Shown: positions 18,235-28,442, counted from the stretch's first letter. The stretch: 64,000 nt of DNA from Bacteroidota bacterium (GCA_041163765.1 JBEAQS010000098.1:2255-66254), one strand, 5' to 3'. Translations and numbers: made by a program. Notes: generated from the sequence alone by a model not told the origin.

Positions 18235-19056
18235 ATGAATTTTCCAAACTTATCCAACATAAAGCTAGTGGTCACCGATATGGATGGCACTTTATTAAAC
18301 AGTCATCATCTAGTCAGCGAGCGATTTTATACTGCCTTTGAAGAACTGAAGTCTCTGGGGGTAGCCTTTGTAGCCGCGTCTGGTAGACAATACCACAGCA
18401 TTTACCACAAATTGTATCGCATAGCTGACCAAATTTATATCGCTGCTGAAAACGGAGGGTATACGCTGTACCAGGATCGAGAAATTCACCAGGCCGACTT
18501 TCCGAGCCATTTGCTAGAACGGCCACTAAGCCTGTTGGAAAAAAGGCCAGAAATTCATGCGGTGCTTTGCACTAAAGAGAAAGCATTTATTAAACACGGG
18601 CATCCTGAATTCGAGTCATTTGTAATTCAATACTACAGTGCCTACGAAACCATAGCGCATTTGAGCGACTGTACCGAACCAGTGCTTAAAATCGCACTGT
18701 ACCATCCTGAGGGTTCAGAAAAACATATCTATCCCCACGTAGTAGAATTAAGCGATGAATTAAAGGTGAAAATATCCGGACCTAATTGGGTTGACTTGTC
18801 ACATAAAGATGCGCACAAAGGAACTGCCGTGGCCAAAATTCAATCGTTATTAAACATAAGTCCCGCGGAAACTTTATGCCTAGGAGACTATTTAAACGAT
18901 TTAGAAATGTTGGGTCAGAGTCATTATTCTTTCGCTATGGGCAATGCACACCCTGACGTGGTAAGCGCCGCCAAATATCAAACGGCCAGTAACGACCAAT
19001 TTGGTGTAGAAATGGTGCTTGAGAAAATCATCCAGGATATAACACGCAGTCTTTAA
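18235..19056 (+). CDS. Cof-type HAD-IIB family hydrolase
   Basis: The DMDGTLL motif I, ASGR and GD..ND motifs. Start moved to the ATG at 18235, because the longer ORF runs through the rplT terminator. Confidence 0.8.
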   Translation: MNFPNLSNIKLVVTDMDGTLLNSHHLVSERFYTAFEELKSLGVAFVAASGRQYHSIYHKLYRIADQIYIAAENGGYTLYQDREIHQADFPSHLLERPLSLLEKRPEIHAVLCTKEKAFIKHGHPEFESFVIQYYSAYETIAHLSDCTEPVLKIALYHPEGSEKHIYPHVVELSDELKVKISGPNWVDLSHKDAHKGTAVAKIQSLLNISPAETLCLGDYLNDLEMLGQSHYSFAMGNAHPDVVSAAKYQTASNDQFGVEMVLEKIIQDITRSL

Positions 19057-20579
19057 AATGGCATATCGTCCTCAACACCGTCAAACGCCTCATTAGGATG
19101 AGGTAGTTTACGGGTTACAAAGGGGTTTTCTGCCCCTTGATTCATTTTGGACTGAAACTCAAAAGGTGTGTCAAATGAGTCTAAGTTGTCAAACTTACCT
19201 AGGTTACCAATAAACTTAAGTCGAATATTGCCTAAGCCACCATTTCTGTGTTTGGCGACAATAAACTCCGCTTGACCAGTTGTTGAACTGCGCTCCTCAT
19301 CATCCCACTCGGTGATCTGATAGTACTCAGGCCTGTAAATAAACGATACGATGTCTGCGTCTTGCTCGATAGCACCCGATTCCCTAAGATCCGAAAGAAT
19401 TGGTCGCTTTGTACCTCCACGAGTCTCCACGGCTCGAGACAACTGAGAGAGGGCAATTACGGGAATATTGAGTTCCTTGGCCAATGCTTTCAAGTTTCTA
19501 GAAATAGTTGAAATCTCTTGTTCCCGGTTCCCGCCTTTTTGGTTAGAACCCGCAGTCATCAACTGAAGATAATCGATGATAATTAACTTAATTTGGTGTT
19601 GTGACGCCAGTCGTCTCGCTTTGGCCCGGAGGTCAAATATGGAAAGTGAAGGCGTATCATCAATGTACAAAGGAGCAGATTCCAGCGCTTTAACTTTAAC
19701 GTTGAGTTGCTCCCACTCGTGTTTTTCAAGTTTTCCTGTTCTTAGTTTTTCTGAAGACAACCCAGTTTCAGCAGAGATTAAACGTGTAATCAATTGAACT
19801 GAGGACATCTCTAAGGAGAAAAAAGCTACGCCTATTTGCCCATTCACCGCAATATTTCGCGCCATGGACAGGGTTAACGCTGTTTTACCCATACCTGGTC
19901 GTGCCGCAACAATAACCAAATCACTGGGCTGCCATCCTGAGGTTAACTTGTCCAATTGATCAAACCCAGAAGGCACACCGCTCAAACCTTCCTTGTTGGC
20001 AATTTCTTCGATCTTTTTCTTGGCTTGTATCACCAGATTTTGGGCGGTTTCTGCAGACCTTTTGATATTGCCTTGAGTTACATCGTATAACTTAGACTCT
20101 GCAGCGTCCAATAAATCAAATACATCGGTAGACTCGTCATAAGCCTCTTGAATGATTTCATTGGAGATCTTAATCAAACTTCTTTGGATATATTTCTGAA
20201 GGATGATGCGGGCATGAAATTCAATGTGAGCTGAAGAAGCAACCTTTTGGGTCAATCCGATTAGGTAATGATTCCCTCCTACTGCATCAAGCTTACCTGA
20301 TTTTTTTAATTCTGCGGAAACCGTTAATAAATCAATCGGCTCTGAGGATTCAAAAAGCGTGAAAATCGCCTGATAGATATGTTGATGTGCTTCTCTGTAA
20401 AAAACCTCAGGATGCAAAATATCGATGATTTCATCTACACCCTTTTTATCGATCAGCATGGCACCCAATACAACCTCCTCTAAATCAAGTGCTTGTGGCG
20501 GAATTTTGCCTCTTTCGAGTTGAATTAATGAAGCAGCGCTTGAACGAGCAGTATCTAAATGGGTCATCGGTCTTTCCAT
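19053..20579 (-). CDS. dnaB: replicative DNA helicase DnaB
   Basis: 508 aa with a PP..LE.E..VLG N-terminal domain, Walker A (ARPGMGKT) and IIDYLQLM. The length is normal, so there is no intein. Confidence 0.95.
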   Translation of the reverse strand: MERPMTHLDTARSSAASLIQLERGKIPPQALDLEEVVLGAMLIDKKGVDEIIDILHPEVFYREAHQHIYQAIFTLFESSEPIDLLTVSAELKKSGKLDAVGGNHYLIGLTQKVASSAHIEFHARIILQKYIQRSLIKISNEIIQEAYDESTDVFDLLDAAESKLYDVTQGNIKRSAETAQNLVIQAKKKIEEIANKEGLSGVPSGFDQLDKLTSGWQPSDLVIVAARPGMGKTALTLSMARNIAVNGQIGVAFFSLEMSSVQLITRLISAETGLSSEKLRTGKLEKHEWEQLNVKVKALESAPLYIDDTPSLSIFDLRAKARRLASQHQIKLIIIDYLQLMTAGSNQKGGNREQEISTISRNLKALAKELNIPVIALSQLSRAVETRGGTKRPILSDLRESGAIEQDADIVSFIYRPEYYQITEWDDEERSSTTGQAEFIVAKHRNGGLGNIRLKFIGNLGKFDNLDSFDTPFEFQSKMNQGAENPFVTRKLPHPNEAFDGVEDDMPF

Positions 20580-20717
20580 AAGGCTAAAGTAAATATTTAC
20601 ACACAGCTAGGTGGGGTAATCAGACACCTAAATATCTACACCCCATCAACATTAAGCCTGTTGATAACCTAAATAAATTGTGTATAACGCAAAAAAAACA
20701 CTGCGCAGCACGAGTGA

Positions 20718-21680
20718 TTATGCTGTAGGCTCTGAGTATTGGCCCATGGCTAAATACTTATCCATACGCTGGTTGACCAATTCATCTTTCGGCAAATCCT
20801 TTAACGATTCGTAATACTTGAGTATTTTGGATTTTACGGTCTGGAAGGTCTTTTCTCTGTTGGTATGAGCGCCACCTTCTGGTTCCTTGATGATTTCGTC
20901 GATCAAGTTTAATTTTTTCATGTCAGGAGCCGTTAGTTTAAGGGCTTCTGCCGCTTTTTCTTTAAACTCCCAACTTCTCCAAAGGATGGAAGAACAAGAC
21001 TCTGGAGAGATTACAGAATACCAGGTATTTTCAAGCATCAACACCTTATCTCCTACACCGATACCCAAAGCACCACCGGAAGCTCCTTCCCCGATAATCA
21101 CCACAATAATCGGCACTTCTAATCGAGTCATTTCTAAAATATTTCTAGCGATAGCCTCACCTTGACCACGCTCCTCTGCTTCCACACCAGGATATGCCCC
21201 CGGGGTGTCAATAATGCACAAAACAGGCAGGTTAAACTTCTCGGCAGATTTCATCAATCTAAGTGCTTTGCGGTAGCCCTCTGGATTGGCCATACCAAAG
21301 TTTCTGTACTGACGCATTTTGGTGTTCACCCCTTTTTGCTGTCCGACAATCATAAAACTCTGATCGCCAATTTTACCTAAACCACCGATCATCGCTTTGT
21401 CATCTTTGACATTGCGATCGCCGTGAAGTTCCAGCCAAGAATCACCACAAAGCGCTTGAATGTAATCCAAGGTATAGGGGCGATTAGGGTGCCTAGAGAG
21501 TTGTACCCGCTGCCATGGGGTCAAATTCTTGTAAATCTCTTTTCTGGTTTCTTTGAGCTTCTGCTCGATTTGTTGACAAGTTTCTGTGACGTCAACATCG
21601 CTTTCTTGCCCGATCAAACGGCATTTGCCTAACTGCTCTTCCAGTTCTTTAATCGGAAGTTCAAAATCCAAATATTCCAT
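20718..21680 (-). CDS. accA: acetyl-CoA carboxylase carboxyltransferase subunit alpha
   Basis: MEYLDFE..PI.ELE, RHP.RPYTLDY and [15 protein letters not shown] motifs. The ATG at 21680 is preferred over the GTG at 21689. Confidence 0.9.
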   Translation of the reverse strand: MEYLDFELPIKELEEQLGKCRLIGQESDVDVTETCQQIEQKLKETRKEIYKNLTPWQRVQLSRHPNRPYTLDYIQALCGDSWLELHGDRNVKDDKAMIGGLGKIGDQSFMIVGQQKGVNTKMRQYRNFGMANPEGYRKALRLMKSAEKFNLPVLCIIDTPGAYPGVEAEERGQGEAIARNILEMTRLEVPIIVVIIGEGASGGALGIGVGDKVLMLENTWYSVISPESCSSILWRSWEFKEKAAEALKLTAPDMKKLNLIDEIIKEPEGGAHTNREKTFQTVKSKILKYYESLKDLPKDELVNQRMDKYLAMGQYSEPTA

Positions 21681-21703
21681 CTTTGACACTTAAATATAGC
21701 CCA

Positions 21704-21711
21704 CAAATATA
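21704..21711 (-). promoter_or_regulatory. -7 promoter box (TATATTTG) upstream of accA
   Basis: Exact TAnnTTTG on the minus strand, 23 nt upstream of the ATG at 21680. Confidence 0.35.
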
Positions 21712-21741
21712 AACATATGATGTTCTCTATGCGGCAGATTG

Positions 21742-22629
21742 CTATTTTAATTTGGATTTCACACGATACTTAATGGCCGAGTCAGCCACAACAGCTAGCA
21801 AAATTAAAAGGGCCCCCACATAAAACGAAGCGTGCATTTGTTCTTGATCTCCCAGGATAAAAAAAGCGAGTAATATTCCGTAGATCGGCTCCATATTAGT
21901 GGTGAGCATCACTGTATAAGGCGTCAAGAACTTCATCAAACGAATGGATTCTATAAAAGCATAAGCCGTGCAGGCTGTTCCCAGAATAACCAAATAAGGA
22001 AGGTCCCAACCACTAAGCGTCAATACCTCCGGTGTCATCATACCCGTAAAGAGCAAAACCGCACCTAAAAAAAGCCAGCCGGTACCTAATTCATAAAAGC
22101 AAATGACAGAAGCCTCGGTTTTTTGAATTAATCGTCCGTTGTTTAGCGAAAAAATAGCGGCCAATAACGCGGAGCCCAGACCCGCTAACATACCTTCTGC
22201 ATAGGTCATGTCCATGCCAAAAATCAGCAGTAATCCCAAAATGACCAGCACCCCCAGCCCTACCTCATACCAAAGCAATTTTCTTCGGTAAATCAAAGGC
22301 TCTAACAAGGCCGTAAAAAAAGCACCTGTAGATAAACACGCTAAGGTGATGGAAACATTAGACACTTTGATGGCATAAAAAAACAGCAACCAATGCAGGG
22401 AGATCACCACTCCAGTAGCCATCATGTGACGTATCACTGGCCAGGGCTGTAAAAAAGATTTCTTTTTGAAAGCCATAAATAAGGCGACGGAACAAACCGC
22501 TATACCCATTCGATACCAAACCAAAGGAAGAGCTCCCAATGAAATTAGGGCACCTAAAACTGCGGTGAAACCCCAGATAAACACAATTCCGTGTAACTGA
22601 AGTATGTGACTAGTGTTGTTTTTTGGCAT
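21742..22629 (-). CDS. DMT superfamily (EamA-like) transporter
   Basis: About 10 TM helices with a duplicated EamA-like organisation. Start trimmed to the ATG at 22629; it still overlaps the 3' end of the upstream gene (to 22610) by 20 nt. Confidence 0.7.
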   Translation of the reverse strand: MPKNNTSHILQLHGIVFIWGFTAVLGALISLGALPLVWYRMGIAVCSVALFMAFKKKSFLQPWPVIRHMMATGVVISLHWLLFFYAIKVSNVSITLACLSTGAFFTALLEPLIYRRKLLWYEVGLGVLVILGLLLIFGMDMTYAEGMLAGLGSALLAAIFSLNNGRLIQKTEASVICFYELGTGWLFLGAVLLFTGMMTPEVLTLSGWDLPYLVILGTACTAYAFIESIRLMKFLTPYTVMLTTNMEPIYGILLAFFILGDQEQMHASFYVGALLILLAVVADSAIKYRVKSKLK

Positions 22630-23701
22630 CGTGAAGAAGATAAATGGCCAATGCGCCAAAAATAGCGTTGGGGATCAAAACAGCCCAAAGAGGTGGAAGG
22701 CCTGACTGCTGGGCCATCGTCGAGAATACTCGGTCAAAAAATATATAGAGAAAAGCGATCAGTACCCCCAGGGCCAAGTTAATTCCCATACCACCCCGGC
22801 GCTTATTGGCAGAGACAGATACGCCGATGATGGTCAGTACGAAAATAGAAAAAGGCAGCGCCCATCGTTTGTATTTTACCAATACATAAGCGTTGATATT
22901 GGAAGCCCCTTTTTTCTTCATATCCTCGATAAAACTGTTCAACTCAAACAAATTCTTCGTTTCTGCCACGTAAGACACTGGGGTCATATCGGAAAGTGCA
23001 AAAGGGAAAATAGTGTCAAAACTCGTTTGGTGTTCTACACGTAGTACCTCATCGTTTTTGATGATCCGCTTGGTGTATGGAATCATTTGATATACGCTGT
23101 CCTGTTCTTTCCAACGAATGGAGGATGCATTAATTTTAAACGACAAGGTACCTGTCGAGTCAAAATGCTCCAACGTAAATTGATACCCCCTTTGACGGTT
23201 ATGGTCGTAATTACTCACGTAGATTACCTCTTGTTCGTTGATTTGAGTGAAAATATTTTCTGTCTGTCGATCCTGTTTACCTGCTTTTAAATACTTAAAA
23301 ACAAACTCATTATATCCCAAACTGGCCCTAGGGACCAAAAACATAGAAAGTAAGAAAATGGCGCTGGCTAATATCCCTGCTCCAATCAAATAGGGACGCA
23401 GAAATCGCTCATAGGAAATCCCGGAGCCTAAAATGGCTATGATTTCTGTGTTGTTGGCGAGTTTTGAGGTGAAAAAAATAACGGAGAGAAATAAAAATAT
23501 GGGGAACAAGAGTGTCCCAATATACAGCGTGAAATTGATGTAGTATTGAATAATCTCCGCTGTTGGCGCTTGATTATCGATCATTTTACCGATTTGCTCG
23601 GCAATATTGGCCATGATTCCAATGGGGATAAACAGAAAAAGCATCACCGTAAATGTGATGAGGTAACGACGCAATATGTAGCGGTCGATTTTTTTCATCA
23701 C
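22610..23701 (-). CDS. LptF/LptG family LPS export permease
   Basis: N-terminus MKKIDRYILRRYL..F, 6 TM helices and a central periplasmic beta-jellyroll-sized domain, typical of YjgP/YjgQ. Confidence 0.8.
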   Translation of the reverse strand: MMKKIDRYILRRYLITFTVMLFLFIPIGIMANIAEQIGKMIDNQAPTAEIIQYYINFTLYIGTLLFPIFLFLSVIFFTSKLANNTEIIAILGSGISYERFLRPYLIGAGILASAIFLLSMFLVPRASLGYNEFVFKYLKAGKQDRQTENIFTQINEQEVIYVSNYDHNRQRGYQFTLEHFDSTGTLSFKINASSIRWKEQDSVYQMIPYTKRIIKNDEVLRVEHQTSFDTIFPFALSDMTPVSYVAETKNLFELNSFIEDMKKKGASNINAYVLVKYKRWALPFSIFVLTIIGVSVSANKRRGGMGINLALGVLIAFLYIFFDRVFSTMAQQSGLPPLWAVLIPNAIFGALAIYLLHDAKKQH

Positions 23702-24837
23702 AAGCGTTTATCCATTTGTTTCACCATTTGGTTTTTCCACGTTCTAAAGTCACCTGCGAGAATATGCTTTCTCGCTTCGCGCACTAACCAAAGGTAAAAT
23801 CCAAGATTGTGGATGGTGGCGATTTGCTTGCCTAAATATTCATTACAGACAAACAAATGACGCAGATAGGCTTTGGAATACTCCGTATCCACAAAGGTTA
23901 GGGCCATAGGATCTATGGGAGAAAAATCATCCTCCCACTTTTTGTTTTTGATATTGATGGTGCCATGGGCTGTAAATAACATACCATTTCGGGCGTTTCG
24001 CGTAGGCATCACGCAATCAAACATGTCGATACCTAAGGCTATATTTTCCAATATATTAATAGGGGTTCCCACACCCATTAAATATCTCGGTTTGTCCTCG
24101 GGAAGCACACTGCACACCACTTCAGTCATGGCATACATCTCTTCAGCGGGCTCTCCCACGGAGAGTCCGCCTATGGCGTTACCCACGGCTCCACTGTTGG
24201 CGATGTATTCCGCAGATTGGAGTCTGAGGTCTTTGTAGGTAGATCCTTGTACGATAGGGAAAAATGCTTGGGAATATCCGTATAAATCTGGGCACTTTTC
24301 CAAGTGATTGATGCATCGATCGAGCCATCGATGGGTCATATGCATCGATCGCTTGGCATAGTGATAGTCACACGGATATGGGGTGCACTCATCAAAAGCC
24401 ATGATGATGTCAGCCCCAATGGCCTTTTGAATTTCCATCACATTTTCAGGGGTGAATACATGGTAGGATCCGTCAATGTGAGATTTAAATTTAACCCCCT
24501 CCTCTTTGATTTTTCTATTGGCAGATAAAGAATAAACTTGATAACCGCCACTATCTGTCAATATGGGTCGATCCCAATTCATGAACTGGTGCAACCCACC
24601 CGCTTTGCGGATGATTTCGGTTCCAGGTCTCAGGTATAGGTGGTAGGTGTTTCCTAAAATGATGTCTGGATTGATTTCTTCTTTTAGTTCGCGTTGGTGT
24701 ACTCCCTTGACGGTAGCGGCTGTACCAACAGGCATAAATATAGGTGTCTCGATCGATCCGTGATCTGTTTGAATCACCCCCGCCCTTGCTTTGGTTTCTG
24801 GATCTTTATGGTCTAAGGTAAACTGCACTTGGCTCAA
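23698..24837 (-). CDS. tgt: tRNA-guanine transglycosylase (queuine tRNA-ribosyltransferase)
   Basis: FMPVGT.A.VKG, TDSGG(Y/F)Q, DEC and CDC..C zinc-site-like motifs. The apparent start is a TTG at 24837. Confidence 0.95.
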   Translation of the reverse strand: MSQVQFTLDHKDPETKARAGVIQTDHGSIETPIFMPVGTAATVKGVHQRELKEEINPDIILGNTYHLYLRPGTEIIRKAGGLHQFMNWDRPILTDSGGYQVYSLSANRKIKEEGVKFKSHIDGSYHVFTPENVMEIQKAIGADIIMAFDECTPYPCDYHYAKRSMHMTHRWLDRCINHLEKCPDLYGYSQAFFPIVQGSTYKDLRLQSAEYIANSGAVGNAIGGLSVGEPAEEMYAMTEVVCSVLPEDKPRYLMGVGTPINILENIALGIDMFDCVMPTRNARNGMLFTAHGTINIKNKKWEDDFSPIDPMALTFVDTEYSKAYLRHLFVCNEYLGKQIATIHNLGFYLWLVREARKHILAGDFRTWKNQMVKQMDKRL

Positions 24838-24846
24838 TTATGGGCA

Positions 24847-24854
24847 CAAATATA
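24847..24854 (-). promoter_or_regulatory. -7 promoter box (TATATTTG) 9 nt upstream of the tgt start
   Basis: Exact TAnnTTTG on the minus strand, so the leader is very short or absent. Confidence 0.35.
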
Positions 24855-24947
24855 GGGAAGATTCAGCCGCTGGTCTTCACCCTGAATCAAATTCCCTCTG
24901 TGGTGATAAGATGTTGACATTTACAGGATAAAAACACCCCTGCTGTC

Positions 24948-24978
24948 TTGGTCAACTTAATGAGAGCCGTTACATTTG
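24948..24978 (+). promoter_or_regulatory. promoter for the split transketolase operon
   Basis: TTG (24948-24950), N20, then TACATTTG (24971-24978), 24 nt upstream of the ATG at 25003. Confidence 0.45.
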
Positions 24979-25002
24979 CCCCGGAAACTAATCCCGAGAT
25001 CA

Positions 25003-25848
25003 ATGAATCAACAACCAACACTAAACGACCTTGTCATTCAGACACGCAGAGATATTTTGCGCATGGTACACCAAGTCAATTCAGGACACCCAGGAGGTTC
25101 TTTGGGTTGTACCGAATTTTTTATTGCCTTGTACCACAAAATCATGAAACTTAATCCTGGTTTTTCGATGGATGGGATCGGCGAAGATGTTTTCTTTTTA
25201 TCCAATGGACATATCTCTCCTGTATTTTATAGTACACTAGCTAGAAAAGGATATTTTGATGTAGCAGAATTGGCCACGTTTAGAAAGTTGGACTCTAGAT
25301 TGCAAGGTCACCCCACTACCCACGAGGGTCTTCCGGGGATCCGCATGGCCTCTGGATCATTGGGACAAGGGTTGTCTGTAGCGATCGGAGCCGCACTGGC
25401 CAAAAAACTGAACCAAGACACACATACCGTCTACGCGTTGACTGGAGATGGAGAACTTCAAGAGGGACAAAATTGGGAGGCACTGATGTTTGCTGCCGCC
25501 AAAAAGGTAGATAACCTCATTGCAGCAGTCGACTTAAATGGACAGCAAATCGATGGGTCAACAGATCATGTGCTAGCCATGGGGGATTTAAAAGCTAAGT
25601 TCTTGGCCTTTGGTTGGGATGTAGTTGACGTAACCCAAGGAAACGATGTTGAGGCCATTATTTCAGGCTATGAAGCTGCTCAAGCGCTTTTAGGTAAAGG
25701 AAAACCTGTATGTGTTTTGTTGCATACGGTGATGGGTCATGGGGTTGACTTTATGATGCATACCCACGCCTGGCACGGCAAAGCACCTAACGACGATCAA
25801 TTGGCCCAAGCGCTCGCACAAAACCCAGAAACCCTAGGCGATTATTAA
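25003..25848 (+). CDS. transketolase, N-terminal (TPP-binding) subunit
   Basis: SGHPGGSLG, LSNGH and GDGE.QEGQ.WEA motifs. Start at the ATG at 25003. Confidence 0.9.
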   Translation: MNQQPTLNDLVIQTRRDILRMVHQVNSGHPGGSLGCTEFFIALYHKIMKLNPGFSMDGIGEDVFFLSNGHISPVFYSTLARKGYFDVAELATFRKLDSRLQGHPTTHEGLPGIRMASGSLGQGLSVAIGAALAKKLNQDTHTVYALTGDGELQEGQNWEALMFAAAKKVDNLIAAVDLNGQQIDGSTDHVLAMGDLKAKFLAFGWDVVDVTQGNDVEAIISGYEAAQALLGKGKPVCVLLHTVMGHGVDFMMHTHAWHGKAPNDDQLAQALAQNPETLGDY

Positions 25849-25864
25849 ACTTGAAGATTTCGCG

Positions 25865-26824
25865 ATGAAAAAATATACAGATTTAGGAAAAAAAGATACC
25901 CGCAGTGGTTTTGGCGCTGGCTTGGCAGCATTGGGTAAGACCCATCCAAACGTAGTAGCGCTATGTGCTGATTTAATTGGTTCACTGAAAATGGAAGCCT
26001 TTATCGAAGCACACCCTGAACGTTTTGTTCAGGTCGGTATTGCTGAGGCCAATATGATGGGGATAGCTGCCGGTTTGACTATCGGCGGAAAAATTCCATT
26101 CACTGGTACATTTGCCAACTTTTCTACTGGACGGGTATATGACCAAATAAGACAATCCATTGCCTATTCTGGCAAAAATGTCAAAATCTGTGCGTCACAT
26201 GCTGGATTAACTCTGGGTGAGGATGGTGCAACGCATCAAATCCTCGAAGATATTGGATTGATGAAAATGTTGCCCGGAATGACCGTGATCAACACCTGTG
26301 ACTACAACCAAACCAAAGCGGCTACTATAGCTATTGCCGATCACCAAGGTCCTGTATACCTCAGATTTGGACGTCCTGTGGTGCCTAATTTCATACCTGA
26401 AGATCAACCTTTTGTGGTTGGAAAAGCCTTAATGCTTTCCCCTGGCAGTGACGTGACTATTGCAGCTACTGGTCATTTAGTATGGGAAGCCCTTCAAGCA
26501 GCAGAAGTTCTTGAAGCACAAGGTATTTCCTGTGAAGTGATCAACATCCACACCATAAAACCACTGGATGAAGAGGCTATATTGACTTCAGTGGCCAAAA
26601 CCGGTTGCTTGGTCTCGTGTGAAGAACACAATGTATTAGGTGGTTTAGGGGAGAGTATTGCGCGAACTTTAGCTCAGCATCACCCTTGCCCACAAGAATT
26701 TATCGGCACCCAAGATACTTTTGGCGAAAGCGGTACTCCTAGTCAATTGATGGACAAATACGGGCTCAATGCGGCTGCGATTGAAAAGGCCGCTCTAAAA
26801 GCTATCTCTAGAAAAAACCCGTAA
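25865..26824 (+). CDS. transketolase, C-terminal (pyrimidine-binding) subunit
   Basis: GIAEANM.G.AAG, GEDGATHQ and EEH...GGLG motifs. Confidence 0.9.
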   Translation: MKKYTDLGKKDTRSGFGAGLAALGKTHPNVVALCADLIGSLKMEAFIEAHPERFVQVGIAEANMMGIAAGLTIGGKIPFTGTFANFSTGRVYDQIRQSIAYSGKNVKICASHAGLTLGEDGATHQILEDIGLMKMLPGMTVINTCDYNQTKAATIAIADHQGPVYLRFGRPVVPNFIPEDQPFVVGKALMLSPGSDVTIAATGHLVWEALQAAEVLEAQGISCEVINIHTIKPLDEEAILTSVAKTGCLVSCEEHNVLGGLGESIARTLAQHHPCPQEFIGTQDTFGESGTPSQLMDKYGLNAAAIEKAALKAISRKNP

Positions 26825-27469
26825 ATGAAAAAACTGCTCTGGATTCCTGCCTGCGTATTTATGGCCTCTGTAGGGGCCCAAACACAAAGCGGTTGGGGAG
26901 TACGCGCGGGTATCCAATACCCGCAAGATGGGGATTTGAAGACCTCGATCTCCTCAGTGGAAAAGGATATTTCTTCAGGGGCAGAACAGCGTTCAGGATG
27001 GCATGTTGGTGCCTCAAGAATGATTTATTTGGGCGGTTTTTACCTGAAACCTGAACTTATTTTTTCTCAGACCTCCAGCAGTTACCAAGCTCAGGGGTTG
27101 TCGGTAGATCTCTCCGACGAATTTACGGCAAAACGCCAACAAATTGAATTGCCCGTTTTGGTTGGAATATCCGTTTTTGGGCCCGTTCACTTCAGCGCAG
27201 GGCCACAGATGCGGTATATACTCAAAGACCAAATTAGCGGACTCAACGAGCTGAGTTTTGACCAAGCAAATGAGTTATGGACTTTAGGAGTCCAGTGGGG
27301 TTTGGGGATACACACCAATAGATGGGCTGTAGAAGTACGCATGGACCGAGCACTAAAGGCCCAAGAATCAAACATTGTGCACCGAAATCTACCTCAATGG
27401 AGCAGCAGAATTGACCAAAGAAGCAACCAATGGTTGATCGGAATAACTTATCAATTCAACAAAGACTAA
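26825..27469 (+). CDS. small outer-membrane beta-barrel protein (porin/PorT-like family)
   Basis: Signal peptide, alternating beta-strand pattern and a C-terminal aromatic residue (..IGITYQFNKD). Confidence 0.6.
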   Translation: MKKLLWIPACVFMASVGAQTQSGWGVRAGIQYPQDGDLKTSISSVEKDISSGAEQRSGWHVGASRMIYLGGFYLKPELIFSQTSSSYQAQGLSVDLSDEFTAKRQQIELPVLVGISVFGPVHFSAGPQMRYILKDQISGLNELSFDQANELWTLGVQWGLGIHTNRWAVEVRMDRALKAQESNIVHRNLPQWSSRIDQRSNQWLIGITYQFNKD

Positions 27470-28404
27470 TCTTTATCTAAATAGTCTGGAATACCATCTT
27501 TATCGGTATCGGGAAAAGAAATGGTCCCGTCGGCATTGATCGTAATTTCATCTTTTGTAGGGATCCCATCCCCATCATCATCGCTGTCGAGATGATTTGG
27601 CGTAGCTACTTGGAAAGACCTGCGTTCAATATCGTAGTCTGTGTTGTCATCGTCGTATATTCCATTGCCGTTAAGGTCTTCCATCCAGGAGGGAATTCCA
27701 TCATTGTCGTAATCAGTATCTGGAACAAAATTACCTAGCTCAAGCACAAAAATAAGGTTCTCATAAGCAGGAATACTCCCTGAAACATTATTGTAATACC
27801 CCAGTGCTGACGGAATGATAAACATCCCCATACCACTGTCTGTGTAGGTAGACGTACCGTCATCATTAATGCGTACCTGGGTACCTTTTTTCAACTTAGA
27901 CACCCCAATACCATATCCTTGGATAGTGAACGGCAAATACTGCCATAAGTACTGAGCAGACGCATCAAAGGTGGTTCCATTAAACCTCATTCCACGGTAC
28001 TTGACCAAGGTAGAATCAGCTGTAGTGGGTTGTGGACCAGCTCCTTCCCGCAAGGGAATATAATAAATGGTGTGCTCCACAGTCTCCCCATCTTCTAACC
28101 CCAAATCCTCAGATTTGAGTGTGACTTTAATGGCCTGAGCTCGTTGAATAAGCGGTGTTTTGCCGGCCAGATCTCCAGCCAAGGTGTCAATTTTCACCTT
28201 AAAGTCAAAATCTACTGCTGGGTTATCGAAGTCGCTGTAATTGTAGGTATGAGTTGCCATAAATGCCTCAATATCTGCACTGTTGGTTTGATAAACCTCA
28301 CCAATGGGCAAAGGAGGGGTAATTTCAACTCCGTTGTCGTCTTTTTTGCATCCGATCAAAAAGAACGTAAACAAGCTGAAAATTAGGGCATTTTTAAAAT
28401 TCAT
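27466..28404 (-). CDS. FKBP-like lipoprotein with C-terminal thrombospondin-type-3-like Ca-binding repeats
   Basis: Lipobox (FFLIGC) at the preferred start, 28404. FKBP-like core (VKYRG...G..FD ... IIPS.LGY). Three D-x-D-x-D-G-I-P acidic repeats in the C-terminus. Confidence 0.6.
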   Translation of the reverse strand: MNFKNALIFSLFTFFLIGCKKDDNGVEITPPLPIGEVYQTNSADIEAFMATHTYNYSDFDNPAVDFDFKVKIDTLAGDLAGKTPLIQRAQAIKVTLKSEDLGLEDGETVEHTIYYIPLREGAGPQPTTADSTLVKYRGMRFNGTTFDASAQYLWQYLPFTIQGYGIGVSKLKKGTQVRINDDGTSTYTDSGMGMFIIPSALGYYNNVSGSIPAYENLIFVLELGNFVPDTDYDNDGIPSWMEDLNGNGIYDDDNTDYDIERRSFQVATPNHLDSDDDGDGIPTKDEITINADGTISFPDTDKDGIPDYLDKD

Positions 28405-28442
28405 TAGGCTTAAATTATGGGCGGCAAGATACAATTTTCCCT

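Noticed and set aside
19053-20579. Checked DnaB, RecR, ThrS and other common hosts for inteins, and all genes for frameshifts or internal stops (pseudogenes).
   Set aside because: All lengths are canonical (DnaB is 508 aa) and reading frames are continuous, so there is no evidence of inteins, programmed frameshifts or gene decay.
20580-20717. Possible DnaA boxes or an origin-like region upstream of dnaB.
   Set aside because: Only loose resemblances to TTATCCACA were seen (for example TGTGTATAA). There is no cluster of boxes and no AT-rich unwinding element, and the region is only 138 nt. It more likely holds the dnaB promoter and a weak accA terminator (CACTCGTGCTGCGCAGTG-T8 on the minus strand, 20691-20716).
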